Shown: positions 12,519-27,089 of the stretch, piece by piece
Layout of the letters: each line of letters opens with the position of its first letter
Position numbering within the stretch: the stretch's first letter is position 1
Source: Octopus vulgaris
Lineage: Eukaryota
Length of the DNA: 64,000 nt
Reading direction: 5' to 3'
NCBI GenBank assembly: GCA_951406725.2
Contig: OX597817.1
Coordinates: forward strand, 154,256,001-154,320,000
The notes under the pieces: generated by a model
The model's database searches: none
What the model saw: only the letters and a program-made list of their open reading frames with translations
Told to the model about the DNA's origin: nothing
Program-made: the position numbers and the translations under genes

Positions 12519-12569
12519 CATACACATACATATATATATATGTGTGTGTATGTATTTATATATATATAA

Positions 12570-12722
12570 ACGATGGTTTCTGCCAACCAAATTGACTCAC
12601 AAGATATTAGTTAACCCGGGGCTATAGTAGAAGACACTTGCTGAAGGTGCCACGCAGTGGAACTAAGCCCGAAGTCACATAATTGTCAAGCTAACTTCTT
12701 AACCATACAGTCATGCCTGTGT
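12570..12722 (-). mobile_element. SINE family A 5' part, diverged
   Basis: ctatagtagaagacacttgc...gtgccacgcagtgg. Confidence 0.75.
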
Positions 12723-14478
12723 CCTACTTGAAATACCACATTAAATATATTTATATATAAACACATATATATGTAATTAGATAAGTCTATGTACATTTTT
12801 ACATATATCAAAAATGTACAACTTGTATTCTTAATTCTTAAACATCACTGTATACGTATGTCACTGCATTATCGATTTATCCTATATTACTGTTGTAACA
12901 ATGTATATTTAAACACGCCTGTGAATATGCAACTGTGTGTATTTTATGTTTTTACATATATTTTTAACTCCTTTTTAATGAACGTGGGTTCTTATCACAT
13001 TCATTCATTTATACAGATTAGAATACGTTTTAATATCACAGGAAGGAAATCATCTGATACCATACAAATACATGGTTTCCGATTATAAAACTAGAGAAAC
13101 ATGAAGGTAACATACAGCTATGTATCTATTGTTTGAAATAGAGGTTCAGTCGATTAGTGCATCAATAGTTGAAACCATATCACTTGATTTACATCAATGT
13201 GCTCGAGAACTGTAGGAAAGTCACAGAATACCATTTCCCCTTGTCTACAGGCAGAGAAATGAAATTTGTAGCGGTATAAGAAATCATTAAACTTGCATTT
13301 TAACCATCGTTCTCCCAAGGTGGCACAAGATTCCGATCAAATGTTCGAATTGTGAACATTTTGTATCCCTTTAGTTACACCACACTATGTCTATAGTCAA
13401 AACCAGATTACTCACTTCTTGTAGCTTGTGTGTAGGTACCATGAGTAGGTACATATCACTACAGTAAAAATAAATAAGTGGAAGGTTGTAATTAACGTTC
13501 ACTTTTGAGCGTGGAATATGTAACTAAAAACTGATTCAATTTATCATAGACCATATGTTTTTCTGTCGATCATTTTTGTCAACGGAATCAAAATTTGCTA
13601 CTTTTCATTTTTATGGGTTTACTCAGAGAAAGCGTATCATTGCCTCTTAACCCTTTTAGAATCTCTGAGACTGGCAGAAAGAAGTGAGAATGTGTTCTTA
13701 TACTGAATAACTGACACGAATGTTTACAAAAGAGTGAGTACACACGTGCCACGCAGACAGGGGTGTTAAACCAGCTGGATGATTCGTTTTAGCCTCCAAT
13801 GAATAGGAGTGATAATAAGTAGGTTAGCACTTACTTTAGAGTTGCGTAATAAGTGTTTCGTTACAGGAAAACTGTATTTGAAATACATAATGAAACAAAG
13901 CGTGGCTGGGTCAAATAATTACCGTTACCAATTGATACGAAATAATTACTTAGAAACATTTCTGATTTCAATGAGCAACAAGCTGACAAAATCGTTAGAG
14001 CGTAGGGTAATGCTTTACAGTACTTGTTCTAGATCTTCATGGTTTCAGTTCAACTTCCATCCAATTTAACCTTGCCTTTCGTCCTTGACTGGCAAAAACC
14101 CCTCCCCACAAAATTTCTAATCTTGTGGCTAAATCAGAAACCACTATTGATTGGCGACAGCGAATTGTTAGAATCACTCGAGCTTTGTAAAAATGCTTTG
14201 AAGTTTTTGTTCTGGCTTTTACGTTCTGAATTGAAATCCTACCGAGTTTACCTGCGTTTCATCTTTGTACCTAAATCAGAAACCATTATTTCTGATTCCA
14301 TACTATGTTTTAACATCCATTCTCTAATGAAGATGTAAATTAATCCTAAAAGCGAAATATGTTGTATCAATTTCAATTTAGGAATGATAAAACTGAATAT
14401 AATATTTAACAGTGAGATCCAAATCTTAACACATCACATTTTTAGGCTTTAAAATATAAAACCTAATTGTAGAATGTA

Positions 14479-14875
14479 GGCGCAAGAGTGGCTGTGTGGT
14501 AAGTAGCTTGTTTACCAACCACATGGTTCCGGGTTCAGTACCACTGCGTGGCACCTTGGGCAAGTGTCTTCTATAGCCTCGGGCCGACCAAAGCCTTGTG
14601 AGTAGATTTGGTAGACGGAAACTGAAAGAAGCCCGTCGTATATATGTATATATATATATGTGTTTGTGTGTCTGTGTTTATCCCCCTAGCATTGCTTGAC
14701 AACCGATGCTGGTGTGTTTACGTCCCCATTACTTAGCGGTTCGGCAAAGGAGACCGATAGAATAAGTACTGGGCTTACAAAAGAATAAGTCCCGGGGTCG
14801 AGTTGCTCGACTAAAGGCGGTGCTCCAGCATGGCCGCAGTCAAATGACTGAAACAAGTAAAAGAGTAAAAGAGTA
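14479..14875 (+). mobile_element. SINE family A, full length
   Basis: Collinear with the other copies; (AAAGAGT) tail repeat. Confidence 0.92.
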
Positions 14876-15866
14876 ATGAATGATTGGTAACTCTGATTCA
14901 AGTTTCGAAAATAGATTTCGACATAACAGCTTTGCACAAATTATGTTTTTCAAAAACATTTTGAAATACATCCAAGATCATTTCCAATGCCATGTTATCT
15001 TATGTCCACGAGTTGTAATCATATTTTGGTACACTTGCGATTTCATAAAACCCCTAAGTAAAGAAACCTAGAAGCTTTCCTCCTATGTCTAATCTACCGA
15101 TTTGGAAACTGTTAAGCTGCACATACTGAACAAGAGTGGTATAATGACAAAGGGTACCTTTTTATTGAAATACAACAGTGTTAATTTTGTAATCTACAGT
15201 TAGTTTAGGCTCAATGAATTGTTGCCACATATTCAGATAAATTTGTTCTGTCAACCGTAGCTTTGTTCTGTCAACCGTAAATCTTAAATTTTGTAATAGC
15301 GATCACGATATCAGGTCTTTTCCCAATACTGGACACATTCCTTTGATCGTTCATTGGATAATTGGAGTGATTTTCCTTTCCGTAATTGAGAGTGATGTTG
15401 TTCATTAAGTTTTCATAGTGGGTGTGTTTTATGTAATCAGCACATGCTACACTCCTTGCAGGAAATTCTTTCTCGTGTCAAAAGTGTTCCAGTTATGACA
15501 ATACCCCAAATTACATATCAGTAGTAGTATTGTCCAGTGTGTTTAGGTAAGGTTCAGTGTGATGGATATTTGCCAGACAATCAGATCTGCTGATCAATTG
15601 GATACTGGATTAATATCTACTATATAATATGTTGCAATCTACCGCTGCTACCCAAATAGATGTCCTCGAAAGCACTTAAACGAAAGTCAATCAGTTGGTT
15701 ATCAAGAACTTACAAACACAGTTCTTCAACTTCTAAACGCTCCATTCCCACTCTATCTTTTCTACTGCACTTCACTAGCTCCTGCTCCTCCTGAAGTGAT
15801 CTGCACTTCACCTCTACTTTAATTCCACTCGACACACACTTCTCTTCTAGTTTTGTCAACCATACC

Positions 15867-16098
15867 TATTTCTTTATTACCCACAAGGGGCTAAACACAG
15901 AGGGGACAAACAAGGACAGACATAGGTATTAAGTCGATTACATCGACCCTAGTGCGTAAATGGTACTTAATTTATCGACCCCGAAAGGATGAAAGGCAAA
16001 GTCGACCTCGGCGGAATTTGAACTCACAACGTAACGCAGACAAAATACCGCTAAGCATTTCACCCGGCGTGCTAACGTTTCTGCCAGCTCGCCGCCTT
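15867..16098 (-). mobile_element. tRNA-derived SINE family B with a 17-bp TSD
   Basis: Head ggcggcgagctggcagaaacgttagc...gagttcaaattccgcc; core gtcgactttgcctttcatcctttcggggtcgataaa; TSD gttttgtcaaccatacc on both sides. Confidence 0.9.
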
Positions 16099-17562
16099 GT
16101 TTTGTCAACCATACCGTGTCATCCCTTCCAGACCTCACGTTCATCTTTATGCCTAGATACTACACCCAAGAGCGACAGCCTGTTAATTCCCTTCTTTCCC
16201 GTGTTTTTCTTGCAGATGTTCATCTATGTATGTTGAAACTGAATATCAAACGCGTGAGTTTCACACGGTTCTAGAAGCGTATGAATGCCACAAACGTAAC
16301 CAACTTCTGATTCAACTATAAAAAGGTCAAAATCAACGATCAGTCAACTTACAAGAAGTTACAACTGAAGTACTACAAAATAAAATTTCAAGCGCCTTAA
16401 AAAACAAAAGTTACATTGGATGTTGTAGCCCTTGGCTAACTATATATTACACCTGAATAAAATATGGAGTAACCACAGCTGGATTTTGCTCATAGATGTC
16501 TCGATCAGTGCTGACTCGAGAGTGCTAAACAACAATGATAAAATGAAGTGCTGAACGTAAATATATGTGTGTGTGTTTATGAATTTTCTATCAGCGCTTA
16601 AAGCTTTAGACTTACAAAGAAAAAGGTGGTTCTTTACCAAAAGTGATAAATTGAGTAAATACAACGAACTAACGCTTTTTCTTTGAAATTTATTGAAATT
16701 AACTCTTTTTCTCTAATAGTTGTTTTACTGAGCGTATTGTGTTAATGAAAACGAGAAAACGCTAGGGAAAGATAAGATAAAACATGATTGATTAAAAAAG
16801 AAATTATTTCTCTTACTTCCATGTATTTCACTATATAAAAGACGTGCTGTCTTTCACATTTGATATAATTGAAACTGTGTCTAACACACTGGCAATCTGT
16901 CTACCGCTGAAATATGTCCGTTTATTTAATTATCGACTGTAAAGAGAGTCATTAACAGATTTGCTTTCATAATTTAACACCTGATGCTCAACGCTGTAGT
17001 AAAATGGAAGATTTTACTATTTTATAATTGATTTTAATTAACAATTTCCTGATGAATAACACGTTTTAAAGAGTAACGAGACGATAACTTGCTATTGTAG
17101 CAGCTTCAGTGCGTGTTTAATATGAAATATAACTTGAATACATGTGACATTTTTGAACAAAGATTAATTTTTTTTTTTCATAATATAACTGAAAAATAGA
17201 GGATTTTGATAGTCTCGTTTTAATGAATTTTAATCCTTTCTCTTTGAACTTTGACCCGTTTCCTTCTTGTGTTTTGTTTTGCCTTCTTTCAGGATCTTAT
17301 TTCTGTTTCTTTTTGTATTTATTGCTGTCGTTCTGCAGAATTTTCTTTTCTTCAACTTATACTGAACATTGGCTTTCTATTTGTGATACTCCTCGTCTCC
17401 TTCCTACAGTCTGAAGTTAATCATGTTCTTTGTGACCGAGAATTCCTTTAAGAGCTTCATTTGAAAATACCTATTTTCTCTTCGCTTTCTTGCTCTCCCA
17501 TTTCTTTACTCTCATCCATTATTCTCACTCTTATACTTCATTATTTCTTCCTCTTCTACGAG

Positions 17563-17772
17563 ATGGTAAATTCGTTAGTACAGTGAACGAAATGCCTAAC
17601 GGTATTTCGCCCGTCGTTACGGACTGAGTTCAAATACTGCCGAGGTCGACTTTGCCTTTCATCTTTTCGGGGCCGATAAATTAAGCATCAGAAAAACACT
17701 GGAGTCGATGTAGTCGGCTATTCCCCTTGCCCAACATTTCAGGCCTTGTGCCTATAGTGGAAAGGATTATTT
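17563..17772 (+). mobile_element. Older SINE B-related copy
   Basis: gagttcaaatactgccgaggtcgactttgcctttcatc; the 3' end differs from the young copies. Confidence 0.75.
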
Positions 17773-18671
17773 CTTCCTACTTTCACTCTCTCTCTTTTTT
17801 TCTTTCTCTTTCTCTCTCCCCTCTCTCTCTCTTTCTTTCATTCTCTCTATCATTAACTCATATCTCTGATATCTTATCACGTTCCTTCGCTAATTTTCCT
17901 TCATCTTTTTCCTTCACTCCGTTTCATTTCTCTTACTGATTTGCGCTGTATAAACTTCAGACTTTCATTGCTGCTTTGTTGACAAGCGGCCTTGTAAAGA
18001 TTATCTGTGTTCTTCGTAGGTGGTGGGGAAGGCTTGAAAAATATATCAACAGGGATTAATTATCATCCATATTTGAGTATAGTTACCCATTCATGTAGTT
18101 ATTTGGGAAACTTTGACCAATTCTTCGAGAGCAAAGCTATGTCACAGAAATAGCCAACTGAGCAGCTGGGAGATATACAAAATCCGACTTCTTAATATGT
18201 AAATATATAATCAACTTTCTTAGATATTATTAGGCTTTCTAGCTCTTGCAATCTCATCTTAATTATAAAACAAAATAAATTAGCCCTGTATATATAATCC
18301 TCTCAGAGAAGGTAGCGTGTTTCTTGGCAGAGGGTAGATTTAGGAATCACAATGAACAAATCAATTGAAATGATTCTTCAATCTTGCATTGGAGTGCAAT
18401 ATTTTATGATACTGCATTCAATAATTTAATGCATTTCTTTTGTTTTAAAGGTAAATACAGAATTTTACAAAGGTTTGCACTTAAAAGCATGGTATTCTAA
18501 CAGCGACTTTAACATCTCCAGACGGTAAAAGGGAGCGCCGTATAATTTAGCCTAAACGTACACGTGTGCGCACACATATGTACACACTTACACACACATA
18601 CACACACATACATATGCATATACACACACTGACTTTGATGTCATTTTCACCTATAGAAAATTTCCTATTAA

Positions 18672-19107
18672 AGGCGGTTAGCTGGCAGAATCATTAGACT
18701 GTGGGGGAAAATGTTTTGTGATATAAGCTTCGGTTCTACATTCTGAGTTTAAATCCTGCAGATAACACTTTTGAGTTTTATCTTTTCAGGATGATAAAGT
18801 ATTAGTCAAGCACCAATGTCGATAGTATTGATTAAGACCTTTACTCTCCAAAGTGCAAGAGAATGTACCTAAATTAGAAGTACCTAGTAATAGGCAGCAA
18901 TCTGGCAGAATCGTTAGCGTGTCGGGCAAAATACTTTACGGCATTATTTACGTTCAATATCTACCGAGGCAGGTCTTGCCTTTCATCTTTTGTGGAGTCG
19001 ATAAAATAAGTACCAGTTAAACACTGGGGTCCATGTAATCGACTAGATTTCTCCTCACACAATAAAAAACCATTTCAGGTCTTTTGCTTATAATAGAAGG
19101 AATTATT
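18672..19107 (+). mobile_element. Two adjacent diverged SINE B-related copies (18672-18880, 18893-19107)
   Basis: ctggcagaatc.ttag heads and ttgcctttcatc...gtcgataaaataagtaccag core. Confidence 0.7.
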
Positions 19108-19200
19108 AATTGCCTCGTACGAAATGTTTCGAAATCTATTTCATTACTATATCTGGAACTCAAGGTAAATGTACATAATATTACGTAATATATAGTGTCA

Positions 19201-19374
19201 ACCAGCCAGGAACAGTCTTCGCTACATTTGCGGTACCTGCCAGAGGGAGTATTTGTCCAGGATAGGACTACACAGCCACAGCAAGAAATGTATCAGGACA
19301 TGAAATATAAAAGCCGGACTAGACTACTTTATGCGCAACTCCATTGTCTCCCGAGACAGAAAGGATGCCAACCA
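19201..19374 (+). mobile_element. Short 3' end of an RTE/BovB-type LINE with a 9-bp TSD
   Basis: An alternative frame reads YICGTCQREYLSRIGLHSHSKKC* (RTE C-terminal C2H2-like motif), followed by a 3'UTR hairpin tgtctcccgagaca. TSD atagtgtca at 19192-19200 and 19375-19383. Confidence 0.8.
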
Positions 19375-20062
19375 ATAGTGTCATAAGCTATATATTAGCA
19401 TTGTGGATTAACTATTTCCTTTATTACCAAAAAATATATCATTGCAACACTAGACCACTCCTAGTTAAAATAATTCCATTCCCTATTTAAACTGGAAAGA
19501 TTCGAAAGAAATTCGCAATAGAACACAACTTAAATACTGCTAGAAAAGACTGGAAAATTAGACGATATTCACCTCATAGTAGAAAATTTTCAGAAAGAAA
19601 AATTCAGAACGTTTTTAAAATATATTTTCAGTTGATTTTCCATAAGTTATTGATTAAAATTAATGCTTAATTAGTGTTTTATTGTTAGTAAATCATTGCA
19701 AATGATCTTTAAATATCTTATCCATCAAACTCTTTTGTTGATGCTTATTTTGTACATTGATTTATGTTGGACAACATCACTCTGGTACTTAACTACAATA
19801 TATCCTAAAACGATTATGTGAAATTCTTTTTAAATGAATTTATACGTCTAGTAAATTTACTTCCATTAAGACGTATATATAAAAAAATAATTTCATTTTT
19901 CTTATGTTTCCATTTTATATATAAATGAACGCTCTATGTTACATTTTATTTTCGTTTCATTGTCGTTGTATTTATTGTTGTATTTTTCACCAGTGATTTG
20001 ACAAAACACGCTACTACTAATAATGATAATTCGTCTGCAACTACTACTGAAAATTATATATA

Positions 20063-20113
<51 letters not shown>

Positions 20114-20119
<6 letters not shown>

Positions 20120-20157
20120 ATATTTCGGAATGGTCATATTGCCAGTTTAGCCAATAA

Positions 20158-20158
<1 letters not shown>
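20114..20158. repeat. 45-bp fragment of the Penelope pseudo-LTR found at 35080, 53684 and 55400
   Basis: attgttatatttcggaatggtcatattgccagtttagccaataaa is identical to 35080-35124; embedded in (TA)n. Confidence 0.85.
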
Positions 20159-20214
<56 letters not shown>

Positions 20215-20224
20215 GAGAGAGAGG

Positions 20225-20330
<106 letters not shown>

Positions 20331-21249
20331 TAGGTATATATATACATACATACATACATACATAATATACATACATGTACCACATGCATACATACATTCA
20401 TACACACATACACACATATGCTTACTATACATATACATATATACGTGTGTGTATGTGTGTGCATATGTGTATGTACGAGTGTGTGTATGTGTGTGTGTGT
20501 GTGTGTGTCTAAGAGTATGTTGTGTTACTACCTTAGAAAATATTTTCAATGCAGTGCACGCCGACATCATCGAAACGCGTTTACTTCATTTGTATTTTCT
20601 TTCTATCATTTTCGACAGAATCTTTTGTTGGCCAGCGTATATACTCGACGTGAAGTATCATTATGTATGTAAAGAAATTGTAAGTTAATGGAACTCATTT
20701 GCTGGACGAATTGAATGGCACCTCCAATAAATGTTTTTCTAGGATTCTTGATGCTATTATACTCACTGGTTAAGATTGATTATTTCTCTTAATATGTGAA
20801 ATTGGTTGTCAAATGAAAACGTCTGATATTTGATTGTGCCTTGTATATTTACAAATATGTCAAAATTAAATGGTAGCAGAAATTATCTCTTTAAAGAAAA
20901 TGACCTTTTCAATCAATATTCCTCTGCTAGAAAATATAAGCAGGCATTTATTCGAAGAATCCACAATTGATTCCCGCAATGAAATGGAATTTCGGAGCTT
21001 TATTATAATTAAAGTTAGCGCCAAGCACGTATGAAACTCGCTAGCTGGACGAATTGAATGACGCTTCCATTAAAATGTTCAACAAAAAATATGTACGATT
21101 AACTATATGCAAAATTTCTTTTCTGCTTTCCTATTCTTTTGCTCTCTTTTTTAGATTAGTGCAATATTGAAAGGCAATATATTTCAGTAGAGAATGCGTT
21201 GCAACATCTACTCATAGAAAGTAAACTTAATTACAATACTTCAGATATA

Positions 21250-21585
21250 AAGGGTAAAGACCCCCTTCGGTCATGAATGACCATGGGATTACACCTAGAA
21301 AGTAACCCTCCTAGACACAAGTCCGGGCAAGGTTGTTTATGGAAGACCAGCAGTCGCCCATGCATACCAGCCTCCCCTCTCCACGCCACCAGTGTTATCC
21401 AAGGGAAAGACAAAGGTCGATACAGCTTGGCACCAGTGACGTCGCAACTCATTTCTACAGCTGAGTGAACTGGAGCAATGTGAAATAAAGTGCCTTGCTC
21501 AAGAACACAACACGCAGCCTGGTCCGGGATTCGAGCTCACAACCTCACGATCGTAAGCTCGACGCTCTAACCACTGAGCCATGCG
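21250..21585 (-). mobile_element. tRNA(Arg)-like-headed SINE family C
   Basis: Minus-strand head cgcatggctcagtggttagagcgtcgagcttACGatcgtgaggttgtgagctcgaatcccgg with A/B boxes, followed by a ~260-bp body. Confidence 0.82.
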
Positions 21586-22794
21586 AGATATATTTGATGC
21601 ATTTCAAGGAAAAAAACTTAAAAGTTGAGGAGTGCCTGGTCACATGTGAATTTTTATCCATAATAGACTAGCGTTTTATCCAGATATAAAGTATTTATCT
21701 TTCATCCGATCCAGGTCATAAAACTCGGAACTTACTGTAGCAACTCCCATTTGTCGTACAGCTAAGTTACGGGGGCATAATCACGAATATAGAATTACAC
21801 GCATACATACACAATCACACGCACAAGCATACTTCCGTACATTTTCTGTACACCAAATTCACTCAGAAGGCATTGTTTGGTTAAAGCTATAGCAGAAATC
21901 ACTTATTTAAGCTGCCACTCAGTAGGAACTAAACCAAAACCAGTTGATTGCGAAGTTAACTGGTTAGAAACACAACAACGCCAACGTTTTATTAGCTTGT
22001 TTATTTATATTTCTTTTTAAACTAGAAATTTTACAATTTTACAAGCATTCTTTTCTTCAATTCTATTGCAATTCAAAGCTGCAAGAATTAAAATATTAAG
22101 GTATCCTGCTTGGAATATTAAAGCATCATAACATGCGTTAAGATAACAAGGTATCTGTTTGAAACATTAAAGTATTATAACGTGTGTCAATATATTAAGG
22201 GATCCTAAGCTGTACTCAATAGGTTAGTAATCGGTTGTGTAATTAGTATTATCAAATCATTTATTCTTCATACGAATTCTGACCGCCTAACTACTGAAAG
22301 TCATTTAGAGACACCTTAGAGAACTGGCAAGAAAATCAAAACCCATCCATCTCCACCTATTTGGAACGTCAGTAGAAATATTTCTGTGGTAATTTCTTCG
22401 AACGATAGAAACAATCCACTTTTAGCTTAGTTATATTCAAATTTGTATCGGATGGAATACAACCACTCAAACATCTCCTAATCTGTTGAAGAGGAATGCC
22501 ATACATCCTTGTGTGGCTGCATGTTTGCATTACACAGGCATAAAATAATCGTATTTCTTAGATTAGTGTTGATGATCCTGAAATAAATAATTACGAATCA
22601 TGGCATTTTTCTTTTTGCTGCAATCCTACGAACCATGCAGTGATCACGCAACAAATCATTTGATTCAATTCACTTGGATATAGGATTTCCTGCCATGTTT
22701 CAAATACATCTTCATTTATTTCTTCTTCTGAGTCAACTCTAACTCACTATATCTTCTACTCTCTCCATACACACTCATAGGCATAATACGTTTG

Positions 22795-23192
22795 TATGTG
22801 TATACGCATGTATATACTTAAATATATATTGATATATATGTACATATATATATGTGTATATATATATGTATGCATATATACACATGTATATATATATATG
22901 TGTGTGCGTGTATATGCATGTATATATATATATCAATGTATATACATGAATGTATGTATATAAGTATATATATGTGTGTTTATATATATACCTATATATA
23001 TATGCATATATGTATGTACATATATACGCCTATATATATATATGTATGTATTTATATATATATATGTATCATATATGTATGTTTCTATATATGTATATAT
23101 ATTTCTATATATATGTGTGCATATATATATGTGCGTGTATGTATATATATATATATATATATATATGATATGTATATATATACACGTATATG

Positions 23193-23275
<83 letters not shown>

Positions 23276-23506
23276 ATATTTATATATACGGATATGCGTA
23301 TATAAATGTAATTGCATATGTATATATATATACGTATATGCATATATTTGTATATGTATATATATATATGCATGTTTCTATGTATATACATATATATATG
23401 TATATATATATATGTATTTTTTTATATATTCATATATATTTATATATGTATTTGTATATCTATATATATATGTATATATATATGCATGTTTATATGTATA
23501 TACATA

Positions 23507-23586
<80 letters not shown>

Positions 23587-23640
23587 TGTATATATATGCA
23601 TGTATGCATGTATATACGTATGTATGTATATATGTGTGTG
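22795..23640. repeat. Degenerate (TA)n/(TATG)n low-complexity tract
   Basis: Direct reading; source of the many YIYI ORFs. Confidence 0.95.
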
Positions 23641-24087
23641 AACATATAACTATTAATGCACGGACTGGTGTGGAAAAATAGTCAAATGCGTGACCTTTCA
23701 GATATTCATATATTACCAAAACTGTTACCTAAACGTTTTAATTGGGTTTATATTGTTATAGCATTAATTATAAAGCAAACGCCATAAAACTACATCTGAT
23801 AACTATTTGGAAAATGTTTTAAGTGTTTTGTGGGGTTTTCTCTTTATCATTCTTTTCACAAGCAAAGAAACTCTAAACAGAAGTGAATTTTCTAGCCAAT
23901 ACTTTATGTGTACACACACACACATGTATATGTGCATAGATACAGATATATCTATACAAATATGCATATATAATCATATATATATATATACTACTACTAC
24001 TACTAATATAGGATAACATTTTTTTCTTCAGAAAAAATTTCATCAAAAGTGGCAGCATATTAAAATGCCTTTAAAGGTTAAAATTAT

Positions 24088-24296
24088 AAGCAACCTATAA
24101 ACAAGGACAAAGGAAAATTATTTCTATGCCAATATGCTGAGAACAGACTTTAAATCGTCAATTTTCACAATTCATTTTACAATCACGTGTATTTATAGTG
24201 ATTGTAAAGTGAAATGTAGAAATTGACGATTTAAAGTCTGTTCTCAGCATATTGGCATAGAAATAATTTTCCTTTGCTTTTGTTTATAAGTTGTAT
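24088..24296. repeat. ~100-bp-arm palindrome
   Basis: caaaggaaaattatttctatgccaatatgctgagaacagactttaaatcgtcaattt / aaattgacgatttaaagtctgttctcagcatattggcatagaaataattttcctttg. Confidence 0.92.
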
Positions 24297-24749
24297 ATAT
24301 AAATATATTCCTCTCTCTTTCCTTCTCTCTCCCTCTCTTTTCCTCACTCTCTCCCCTTACTTTCTCTCTATTTCCATATATATTTGTGTGTGTGTGTATA
24401 CATATATACATACATACATACATATTAATTTAATAATGTAGTAGGATCAGTCGAGTGATCTTGGTAAAACGAAGTTTGTTAGTCTCATCTGTATAGAAAA
24501 TAGAGATAAGTAGTGAATAATATTTATTAATCAATGCATCAAATACAGTTCGTACAATATCGTATGTGACAGAAAATTCCAGTAAAATGACAGATGCCGT
24601 TCAACTCCTGTTTAAAAGCAATAAATATTACTGACAATGCGATAATCAAATCTGTAAATAAAAGTGGTGGAAGAGATTATCGAATCCTAAAGCTGTTTCA
24701 AAAGTACATTAGGTGCAGACGGGCTACTTTTCAACTAAGCAGTCATATA

Positions 24750-24839
24750 TACCTGATGAAAAAGTACACTAGACGGCTACAAGACGTTGGTAATGTTACG
24801 CAAGATGCACCCCATATGCTTTTTGAAACAGCTGTAGTA
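24750..24839 (+). ncRNA. Type I hammerhead ribozyme with a long (~65 nt) stem-loop II
   Basis: tac-CTGATGA-aaaagt...gcttttt-GAAA-CAGCTG-TA-gta; palindromic stem III ACAGCTGT; lies at the 3' end of a unit ending at a microsatellite. Confidence 0.75.
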
Positions 24840-24960
24840 ATCGAAAACTTCTTCCATACATATATAAAAGTATATATGCATGCTTATATATGTACGTGTG
24901 TGTATATGTATGTGTGTATGTATGTATGTATGTATGTATTTACGTATGTATGTATATACG

Positions 24961-25012
<52 letters not shown>

Positions 25013-25228
25013 CATATATAAGGTCCTGATAGGGTGTAATGTTAGGATATTTCCAGAGAAGCACCCAAGCCGAATAGTGGGCCATCAACACGGTCGGACT
25101 ACAGGCCAAAGCCGGAATTCATTGAGTGTAGAAAATCCAAGTTGCACGTTGACTACACCGAAGAGTAAATAATCCAAATGATAAGAAGAAAGCAAAGAAA
25201 ATTCTTTAACACATCTTTATAGATTCGT

Positions 25229-25337
25229 TACAATTGTTTCTATACTAACTCTATTTGCAGCGCCAGTTTACACAAAATTTCGAAATGAAAATTTTCGTAA
25301 AGTCTGCGTTTTAGACATTAGTGAGGCACCCCGTCAG
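25229..25337 (-). ncRNA. Degenerate HHR-like motif with a long stem II
   Basis: Minus strand: CTGACGG...~90-nt imperfect hairpin...GAAA-CAATTG-TA; stem I does not pair. Confidence 0.4.
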
Positions 25338-25669
25338 CCTTGCATCAAAGGTGTGCTGCCATACACACACGCGCACGCACACACACACACGTGTGTGTGT
25401 GTGTGTGTGTCTATATAACGTAATATTTCGAATTTCTCTCCAATGTAGAAAAGCTCTGTTCCTAGCCTCAAGACAATGTTCTTCCATTCAAATCAAAAAT
25501 CAGTGTGTATATATGAATGATACATTTATATACGTCTCCTAATTTCTCTTTCTCCCTCTCCTCCCTTGCTATATATATGTGGGTGTATATATATATGTAA
25601 ATATACACTTGTATATATATATATATGTGTGTGTACGTGCGTGTGTGTGTCTGTGTGTGTATTAATAAC

Positions 25670-26340
25670 ACGAGGTACATTCAAAAAGGATCCGATTTTA
25701 TTTATTCCTGCTAAAACTAACACTGCTTGGGCAAAGTGGTTTGGTCTGGAGGTGACGCTACCGTTCCTGCGCATCCGTGAGTATTTCGACATCGATAGGC
25801 CACGTCATTTTCCACCCGCTACATCTAGAGGACAGATGCGTAGTGCGCGCTTGTCGGATTTTTGTTTTCACCGAACGCATCAAGTTTTGTCAAAAGATTG
25901 GTGATACTCAAGCCTAAACCAACCAGAAGATTAAGCAGGCCTTTCGCGATGATGCCATGGGTAAAACTCAGGTCAAGGAGTAGTACAATCGCTTCAAACA
26001 TGTCCACATCACAGTGGAGAAGCGAGACACACTCAGGCAGGGCATCCAAGAACCGAAACGAGGAACCGATTGAGAAGATTCGGCGAATAGTCATAGAAGA
26101 CCGTTGTATAGCAACCTTTAACTGACCCTGGGGTGGGGCTTAGCAAACGATTAGTGCATTCCATTTTAACGGAGAATTTGTGCGCTCAGAATGTGTCGGC
26201 GAAATTCGTCCCACGGGGCTGGCGGGGCTGTAGATGCTTGGAAATCGCTCAGGACATACTGGACTCTGCAAATCATAACCCACAACCCACACTTCATGAA
26301 GACCATCATCACTGGTGATGAGACAGGGTTTTATGGTCTC
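25670..26340 (+). mobile_element. Decayed mariner transposon, 5' part
   Basis: TIR-like cacgaggtacattcaaaaag; transposase pieces IKQAFRDDAMGKTQVKE*YNRFK, SAKFVPR and IITGDET. Confidence 0.8.
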
Positions 26341-26387
26341 TGATTGATGCAGAGACCATAAACCCATTTGTATATATACAGAAAAAA

Positions 26388-26550
26388 ACGACAGGCTTCT
26401 TTCAGTTTCCGTTATACCAAAGCCACTAACAAGTCTTTGGTCAACCCGAGGATAGAGTAGAAGACACTTGCCAAGGTGCAACACAGTGGGACTGAACCCG
26501 AAACCGTGTCGTCGGGAAGCAAGCTTTCTACCGCAAAGCCACGCCTGAGC

Positions 26551-26600
<50 letters not shown>

Positions 26601-26778
26601 GGGTGTGTGATAAGATGCTTGCTTCTCAACCACATGGATCCAGGTTCAGTTCTACTGCGTGGCACCTTGGCAAGTGTCATCTACTGTAGCCTCGAGCCGA
26701 CCAAAGCCTTGTGAGTGGATTTGGTAGACGGAAACTGAAAGAATCCCGTCATATATATGTGTGTGTGTGTGTGTGTGT

Positions 26779-26815
<37 letters not shown>

Positions 26816-27041
26816 CATATATTTATGTGCATGTCTTTGTGCCTGTGTTTGTCTACAACTACCGCTTGACAACCGATATTGGTGTATTTACGTTTCCGTA
26901 ACTTAGCGGTTCAGCAGAAGTGTCGATAGAATAAGTACCAGGCTTACAAAAAATAATCCAGAGGTCGATATCTTCGACTAAGAGATGGTGCTCTACCATG
27001 GATCCAGCCAAAGGACTGAAACAAGTAAAAGAATAAAAGAA
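26388..27041. mobile_element. Head-to-head SINE A copies (26388-26552 minus, partial; 26601-27041 plus)
   Basis: Collinear with family A. Confidence 0.82.
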
Positions 27042-27044
27042 TAT

Positions 27045-27089
<45 letters not shown>

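Noticed and set aside
13018-13106. Possible exon (ag...gtaaca)
   Set aside because: Splice-like ends only, with no recognisable coding content or partner exons.
17049-17100. CTGATGA motif
   Set aside because: No GAAA or stems downstream.
21515-21585. tRNA-Arg-like sequence (also 49033-49108)
   Set aside because: Poor acceptor stems and a SINE body follows; these are SINE heads, not tRNA genes.
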